From Eledone cirrhosa (taxonomy: Eukaryota): a stretch of DNA of 64,000 nt. Each line of letters begins with the position of its first letter. Position 1 is the first letter of the stretch. Of this stretch, positions 56,513 to 64,000 are shown in pieces. Under the pieces are notes generated by a model. It ran no database searches, had not been told where the DNA came from, and saw nothing but the letters and a program-made list of their open reading frames with translations. The stretch is taken from assembly GCA_964016885.1 (NCBI GenBank), contig OZ024749.1, forward strand, positions 2,728,001-2,792,000, given 5' to 3'. The position numbers were made by a program, and so were the translations under genes.

Positions 56513-58212
56513 CTGAAGGATGGGGGAAACAACACAAAACAGCAATAATAACAACAACAACAACAACAACAGCAATAACAATAACAACAACAACGACAAC
56601 ATTAACAACAACAATAACAACAATAACAACAAGGAAAAGAAAGCAAAATATTGTGAATATGTTTAAGATATATTTGAGTGAAGAAAGCAGGATAAATTGG
56701 TGAGTCGAATAATAGACTAACCAAACAAACATTCTTGCAGAGACTTATATAGACATACAATATAGAAAACCAAGCATACACACATACACACGTACATACA
56801 CAAACACACACGTACATACACATACACACACACATACATACACACGTACATACACGCTTACACACTCATACTCACATACATACACTCATACACACACATA
56901 TATCCACTCATACACACACACACATACCCATTCATACACACATTCTGAGACAACTAACACATTAAATGGGAGAGTTACACACACACACACATTATATATA
57001 TATATATATAGATAGGATAACACGTTATCGTTATAGGAAATCCAGTTAGAGGTTGTGAGTTCTCTGCGTCGTGGAGAGTTTTAACGTACGGCTTTGTTTG
57101 ACTCAACAAGATGTTTCCATAGTTAGGCAGTGAGTTCGCGGTAATTCCTGTGTAGGTTATATTTGGAGTAATAATAGTAAAAGAATGAAGAGTAACATGG
57201 TCGGCTGTACAACAAGGGGCTTTATTTCAGGTATTAACAATTGTTTCATTGATCAGGTGAGTCTAGAGGTCGCTAATGGCTCGAAGTTGCGTCACTCGAA
57301 CTCCAATACATTATCTACCTATGGTCAAATCCTCGGAATTGCAAGTGAAGAACCGAGGAGAAAATAGAATAAGTTACATGGAACCGATTAGACTTAAGTC
57401 TGGTGGTCAAATAACTGTGGAGCGAGGTTTTTCCGTTGCGACCTCAGCAAAGTGAGTGGAGAGAGAGAGAGAGGCGGAGAAACCGGAAGTGAGTGGCAGA
57501 AGGGCAAGGGAGATAACCCAAAAGGGTTTTACAACATGTGTGAAACACGGTTGAAAACGAGCAGATGGCTAGAGAGAGAGAGGGAGAAAACGCGAGAGAG
57601 ACGATAAGCTGTACGCACCGCTTAAAAATCTCTTACTCCAGATGGAATAAGAATGAGGAGTGAAAACCGTAAACCGGATCACCCTGCACCAATCCTTAAC
57701 ACCCCAGCGGACAGGCGCTGAAAAAAACATCCGGAAACTAACCATGCATCCCAGACCCGGCATGAATCGTCCCCGGTGGGCAGGCGCAGAAAACAAACAT
57801 CTGGAAACTAACTTTGCATCCCTGACCCTGCGCGAATCGACAATGGTAAAGCAGTAACCACAAAGTAATAACGGGTAAAAGGTTGCCTGGGGAACACTGC
57901 TCTAACACCGGCTAGAGTTATCTCCCTTGACCTACTGAAAAATCAATACATGGTGTGTACGAAGAATGAACTGAGATGTGAACTTATTTCTAAAAACCCA
58001 TTCTGGGTCATGTAAACGCTTATTAGTTTTTTTATGCCTTTGAGAAGCCATTCAGGCGAAACGTACGTAGGTGTTGCTTTAAATAAACATGTTTAACGGT
58101 TTGTTCTCCTTTATATACTTCTCCACGTATATATATATATATATATATATATACATACACATGTATACACCACACACACGTATACACCACACACACACAC
58201 ACCACACCACAC

Positions 58213-58267
<55 letters not shown>

Positions 58268-58418
58268 AGAGACATACATACCGAGCGCTAGAAGATCAAA
58301 CGAGAAGAACAAGAAAACAACAAATTAACTGCCATACACAATAACGATGTAGTCAATACTGAAGTAATTTGATTCTTCTCACAACCTAATTTGGCACACA
58401 GCTCCCAGCTAAATTATA

Positions 58419-58492
<74 letters not shown>

Positions 58493-58758
58493 CATCTATC
58501 ATTGAGAAGACATTAGTGAAACCACACGAGGCACAGATCCAACACTTGACCTACACTGTGTATTGCATGTAGGGAAGCAGGTATAGATAGATATAGAGGT
58601 AGATGGATGTAGAGATAGATAAATAGATGGATAGATAGATAGATAGATAGATAGATGGATGGATGGATATATATATATATATTACCCACTCCACTACCCT
58701 AAGTATTGAGTACTTTGGTGCGTTATGGTCCATCTGGTTCCTTACCACAATTCCTTCG

Positions 58759-58800
<42 letters not shown>

Positions 58801-59277
58801 GAAAAGTATAGAAAATATTGTAGCAAGAAGCCAACAGTATTCCATAATATATAAGTGACTATAGCGTCAAAATGAGAAAATACTTAACGTAAGATGTGGG
58901 AAAAATAATTCAAACTCAATTCAAAAAGAATCAGGATATAGATTCATCCAACAGAATTTAGTGAAATCCAGGGAAGAATAAATAGAGCCTTAACTCATGA
59001 TAAAATAAAGTTTAAAATACTCATCCTTCAATTTGGAAAAGCTACAAATGCTCTGTATAGTCTTGAAAAGACTATTTCACGAAAACTTTCAGTAGGGATG
59101 GTCACGGTTAGAATTCGATCCTCAGCAGAGCTCAACACGATAGCCAAAATCTCACTGATTATAATATGCCAAAAAGGGAATTTAAAAGCAGGCTAGTTCA
59201 ACATCATGCGTGATTATGAAAATAAAACGCACATGCGGAAACAGGGTTGGTGACGTCAGAATGAGATATATATAGTT

Positions 59278-59900
59278 GTATACGTACATACATATATGTA
59301 TACAGACGTACAGTAGTATGTATATACATACATACACACATATATATATATATACGTATGGGTTTATTTATAATGCTCGGTTTGTTTGTAAACAAACAGC
59401 CCGAATTAAGGCGTACAGTGTTCGGCAACCATCGCTGACCTTTTCTTCAACACTGACAAAGGAACGATGAACTAGTTTCGAGCTTATTAGCTGTCATCAG
59501 CACTGTATACCTTTCTGTCAGTTGATTGAACGTTTGAAAGTATATACTTTCCTTATGAATATTAACGGCCGAGCAGCCTAATTTGCATATCTAGTGACAG
59601 GAAGGTATACAGTGCTGATGACAGCTAATAAGCTAAAAACTAGTTCATCGTTCCTTTGTCAGTGTTGAACAAAATGGCAACGATGGTTGCCGAACACTGT
59701 ACGGCTAATAATTCAGGCTAGTTGTTTACAAACAAACCTAGCATTATAATAAATGTTCGGTAAACCCATACGTACATATATATATGTATGCATGTATGTA
59801 TGTATATACATGCTACTGCACGTCTGTATACATATATGTATGTACGTATACATACTTATATTTAAGTATCAGCCGTACTAAGAGTGAGAAATGAAATTTT
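59278..59900. mobile_element. Palindromic element (about 240-bp arms) of the 41.3-kb family with a hammerhead in both arms
   Basis: Minus strand 59465-59505 CTGATGA-C-AGCT(AATA)AGCT-C-GAAACTAGTT; the plus-strand copy at 59610-59650 has GAAA changed to AAAA. Confidence 0.85.
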
Positions 59901-60239
59901 ATTTTTTCCATTTATATATATATAAAAAATAAAATATATATATTTTATTTAAAATAAAAAATAAATATATATATATATATAAATATATATTTATATATAT
60001 ATATATATATATATATACATAAATATATATTTATATATATATACATTCGGGCTGTTTGTTTACAAACAAACCGAACATTATAATAAATGTTCGGTAAACC
60101 CATACGCACATGTGCATGTATGTATATATATATACATACTACTGTACGTCTGTCCACATATATGTATGTACGTATACATACTTATATTTAGGTATCAGCC
60201 GTACTAAGAGTGAGAAATGAAATTTCGTTTCATTCTTTT

Positions 60240-60298
<59 letters not shown>

Positions 60299-60390
60299 GT
60301 TGTTAAACAATATTCGATGATTATGTCAAAGAATGAGTTTTACAGTAGATTGGAAGCACTCTACGGTAAAATAATTTTCAGGAGTTATTA

Positions 60391-60652
60391 ATATTAAAAT
60401 ATAAGTATTAATAAAATAGATGTTCTTTTGATCAATTACATTTTATTATACATATTTCGGATGTACAACAGTACGTCCTCATCAGACAAAATATAAGGAA
60501 TCACTACCTTGATTAAATCTTAACCATTTAATATCTCAGGGTATGTCATGTATCATTATATTTTGTCTGATGAGGACGTACTGTTGTACATCGGAAATAT
60601 GTATAATAAAATGTAATTGATCAAAAGAACATCTATTTTATTAATACTTATA

Positions 60653-60661
<9 letters not shown>
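60391..60661. mobile_element. Palindromic element (about 105-bp arms) with hammerheads at 60440-60492 (-) and 60560-60612 (+)
   Basis: Minus strand ATTTTGT-CTGATGA-GGACGTAC(TGTT)GTACATCC-GAAA-TATGTA-TA-ATAAAAT. Confidence 0.85.
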
Positions 60662-60696
<35 letters not shown>

Positions 60697-62669
60697 TAGA
60701 TATCTTTCTTTATTATATATATATAAAAAAAATATATATATATATATAGATATATAGATATGTTTCTTTATTAGCCACAGGGGCACAAAAGAAGGGGACA
60801 AATACAAAGGGGGAAGTTTACATACAATAAAAACGTGTAAAATACTATCACAAATTCAATTTAAAAATTAATCGATTAGATAGATAGATAGACAGATAAA
60901 TAGATAGAAATAGAGTGATAGCTAGATATCCACATGCACATATATATTATAAGGATGTCCCTACTCCTAGTTACTATTCTCGCCTTTCATCACAGCCTCG
61001 TCAGCGAATGTAGCGACGATGCAAGCAAACTGCAAAGTATTCCTAGTAAATAGTACACACATTGGCTTGGAGCGAGAAAACTCCAAATGGATCATGTGGA
61101 TAATTTAGAAGACAAATTTAATTTGGCATCATTTCTCTTTACATCAATACATTTACGTCAATTATGTCTAAATTGTTTTTGTTAAATTCGCATTTCCTGT
61201 GTTCTTGTGTCTCTGTTCTTCTACTTGATCGTAATTCAGCAATGCCACGTAACAATTATTCTGGCTGCTTTCTGAGATCAAATCCCGCCCAAGTCAACTT
61301 TGCCTTTCATCCTTTCGAGTTTGATAAAAAAAAGTACCAATCAAGTACTGGGGTAGATTCTTCCTCTATATCTCTTTCTCATTTTCCTCTCACTTTCTAT
61401 CTTTCTATGTTTCTCTGGAAGAAATCTGTTGTACTCAGGGCTGGAGAGGGATAGGTCCCGCCAGGAGTTACAGGACCATGCATGTAATAAACACTACATA
61501 TCATTGCAGTACATTTTGGTTAACTTCTAAACTATCAAATTTGGAGAACCCTCGTTAAATATTTTACCAGAAAGTCTCATAAAAATCAAGGAAAACAAAT
61601 ATGCCTTTCGGGTGCCTTAATGGTTAAAGAGTTGGATTCACAATTGCGAGGTTGTGGGTTCAATTCCCGGACCGAGCGATGCATTGCGACCTTGAGCAAG
61701 TCAATTTACTTCAAAGTGCTCTAATTCACTGATCTGTAGAAATGGGTTGTGACCTGACTGGTGCCAAGCTGTTCTTTGATGATATCGGTGGCGTGGAGAC
61801 CTGACAGGCCTAGCCGATGATGGATGATAAAACCTGATTAAAGCAAAAGGAGGGGGCCTCATTCTGGAGGAACTTCATGACTGACGGGGCATAGGTCTAC
61901 CTGATGTTGGATGAAGTAGAAAATAAAGAAAATATATACCTTTTCATGAGTTTGACGCCCCTGTCGATTATTGGCTTATTTTGTTTAACTCGTGGTCCCC
62001 AGCTTTGTTTTATAAAACGACCCCCAAATATTACCGAGAGACGTTAAAGAACGCTTTCCTAATTTAGGAGCAATGCCCACAATTTCTGGGGAGGGAGGCT
62101 GTCGATTATATTGACACCAGTATTTGACTGGTACTTTATTTTTCGACGTCGGAATGATGAAAGGCAAAGATAGTCGTAGAACGCATTTTGCCCGAAGGCT
62201 CTACCGATTCTTCCAATCCATCTCCCTAGTTAATATAACATATAGATTTTTAATTTAGGCACAAGGGCAGACATTTCTTTTTGGGGGGAGGGGCAAAGCT
62301 GATTAAACCAAGTCCATTATTAACTTTACCCCCCCTCGGAAGGATGAAAGACAAATGTAGACCACGGTGGGATTTGAACTCACAAGATAGAAAGTCGCAA
62401 CTAAATACCGCAAAACATTTTCTTCGGCGCTCTACCGCCTTATTCAACATAGTATATCAATGATTTGACTTCATCGGCTTTTTGTCCTCATTATATGTCT
62501 TGTGAATGATGGCCTGGATAATACTGCTACCACCGCTACTACTACCACTACTAACACTAATATCACCACCACCACCACCTCTACTACTACTACTATTACT
62601 ACTACCACCGCTACCACCACCACCACCGCTACTGCTATTACTACTACTACTACTACCACTACTACTCTA

Positions 62670-62825
62670 GGGCGGTGGATTGGCAGTAGCGGTAGAGGGT
62701 CGAACGCCATGCTTTGCCGCATAGAGTTCAAATCCCGCCGAGGTTAACTTTGCCTTTCATCCGTACGGGGTTGATAAAATAAAGTACCAGTAATGCACTG
62801 GTATCGATTTAATCGACTTTCCCCT
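62670..62825 (+). mobile_element. SINE family 1 copy; minus-strand copies lie at about 62055-62440
   Basis: GGCGGTGGATTGGCAGTAGCGG...GAGTTCAAATCCCGCC plus the conserved core. Confidence 0.8.
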
Positions 62826-64000
62826 CCACCATCAACTCTGCCACCACCACAACCACCCCTACTCCCACCACGACCACCATACCCCCACCACCGCACCACC
62901 ACCACTCCCACCACCACCACCACCATCACTACTCCCACCACCACCACCACAACCACCCCTATTCCCACCACCACACCACCACCACCACCACCATCATCAT
63001 TACTCCCCTCTTCTTGTTCGATCAAATCATTGATTTAAAGTGATTTCTTTAAACATCTTTTGATCTCTCAGATGTCAAATGGTATTAATAAAGACTGCTG
63101 CTATTGTTGTGGCGGTTGTTGTTATTGTTGTTGTTGTTGTTATTGTGGATGATGTTATTATTGTGTTGTTGTTATTGTCGTTGTTATTGTCGTTGTTGTT
63201 ATCTAGGTTAACTTTGTTTTTCAGTCTTATTTTCGTCCTTTCACTTATTTTATCTTTTAATGTTGTTGTTGTAGTTGTTATTGTTTTTGTTGTAGTTGTT
63301 GTTGATGTTTTTGTTGTAGTTATTTTTGTTGATGTTGTTGCTGTTTTTGTTTGTTTTGTTGTAGCTGTTCCTGCTGTTGTTGAAGTTGTTGACCGGAACC
63401 GGAAGTAACATCCAACAATATAAACCGTGATATCTGCTGTTGCTATACAATTGTCTCTCACTATAATAAGGTCATCACTTCCAACAGAAAGTGGTGTGTG
63501 TGTGTATGGAACAATGTGTTTATCAGTCTCTCTCTCTCTGTGTTTGTGTGTGAGAATGTGTGACTATTTCTGTGTATTTGGGTGTGTGTATGTTTGTGTG
63601 TGTGTATGCGGGTGTGTGTGTGTGCAAGTTTATGTGTGCATATGTGTGTATGTGTATATATGTATGTATTTGTGAATGTGTGCGTGTGTATGTATATATC
63701 TATGTATATGTGAATGTGTGTGTATATGTATATGTGAATGTGTATGTATGTGTTTGTGTGTGTGTGTGTATGTATATATCTATATGTGAATGTGTGTGTG
63801 TGTGTGTCTATGTGTATATATGAATGTGTATGTATGTGTTTGTCTGAGTATGTATATATCTACGTATATGTGAATGTGTGTGTGTATGTGTATATGTGAA
63901 TGTGTATGTATGTGTGTGTATATATCTATGTATATGTGAAGTGTGTGTATATGAGAGTGTATGTATATATGTATGTATATGTGAATGTGTGTGTGAGTTG

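Noticed and set aside
63075-63461. Thr-rich mucin-like ORF starting ATADITVYIVG
   Set aside because: Mostly an (ACA)n-type repeat that is common in the non-coding DNA here; no convincing splice donor or cadherin motif.

Overview
Eukaryotic, very AT- and microsatellite-rich animal DNA. The repeat content (tRNA-derived SINEs, RTE/R4/Tx1/CR1 fragments, dense (TA)n) suggests an octopus or other coleoid cephalopod; this is inference. Almost all ORFs in the supplied track are microsatellite artefacts. The window is mostly intronic sequence of one minus-strand, multi-exon cadherin-superfamily gene. Supported exons are 48142-48264, 45319-45374, 36258-36536 (last EC repeat plus transmembrane helix) and 7688-8015, with a probable 24-nt microexon at 24781-24804 and a possible upstream exon at 56418-56512. 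The most striking structure is a set of at least ten long fold-back (palindromic) elements of 0.2-0.6 kb from several unrelated families, next to (TA)n tracts. Several carry minimal type I hammerhead ribozyme motifs with palindromic helix III. Two Penelope-like GIY-YIG C-terminal fragments occur, one followed by a hammerhead, so these look like inverted Penelope pseudo-LTR or retrozyme-like insertions. A 1.45-kb 33-bp minisatellite is a reiteration of the 3' terminus of one such element. All structures were read by eye; no alignment, folding or database search was run, and repeat boundaries are approximate.
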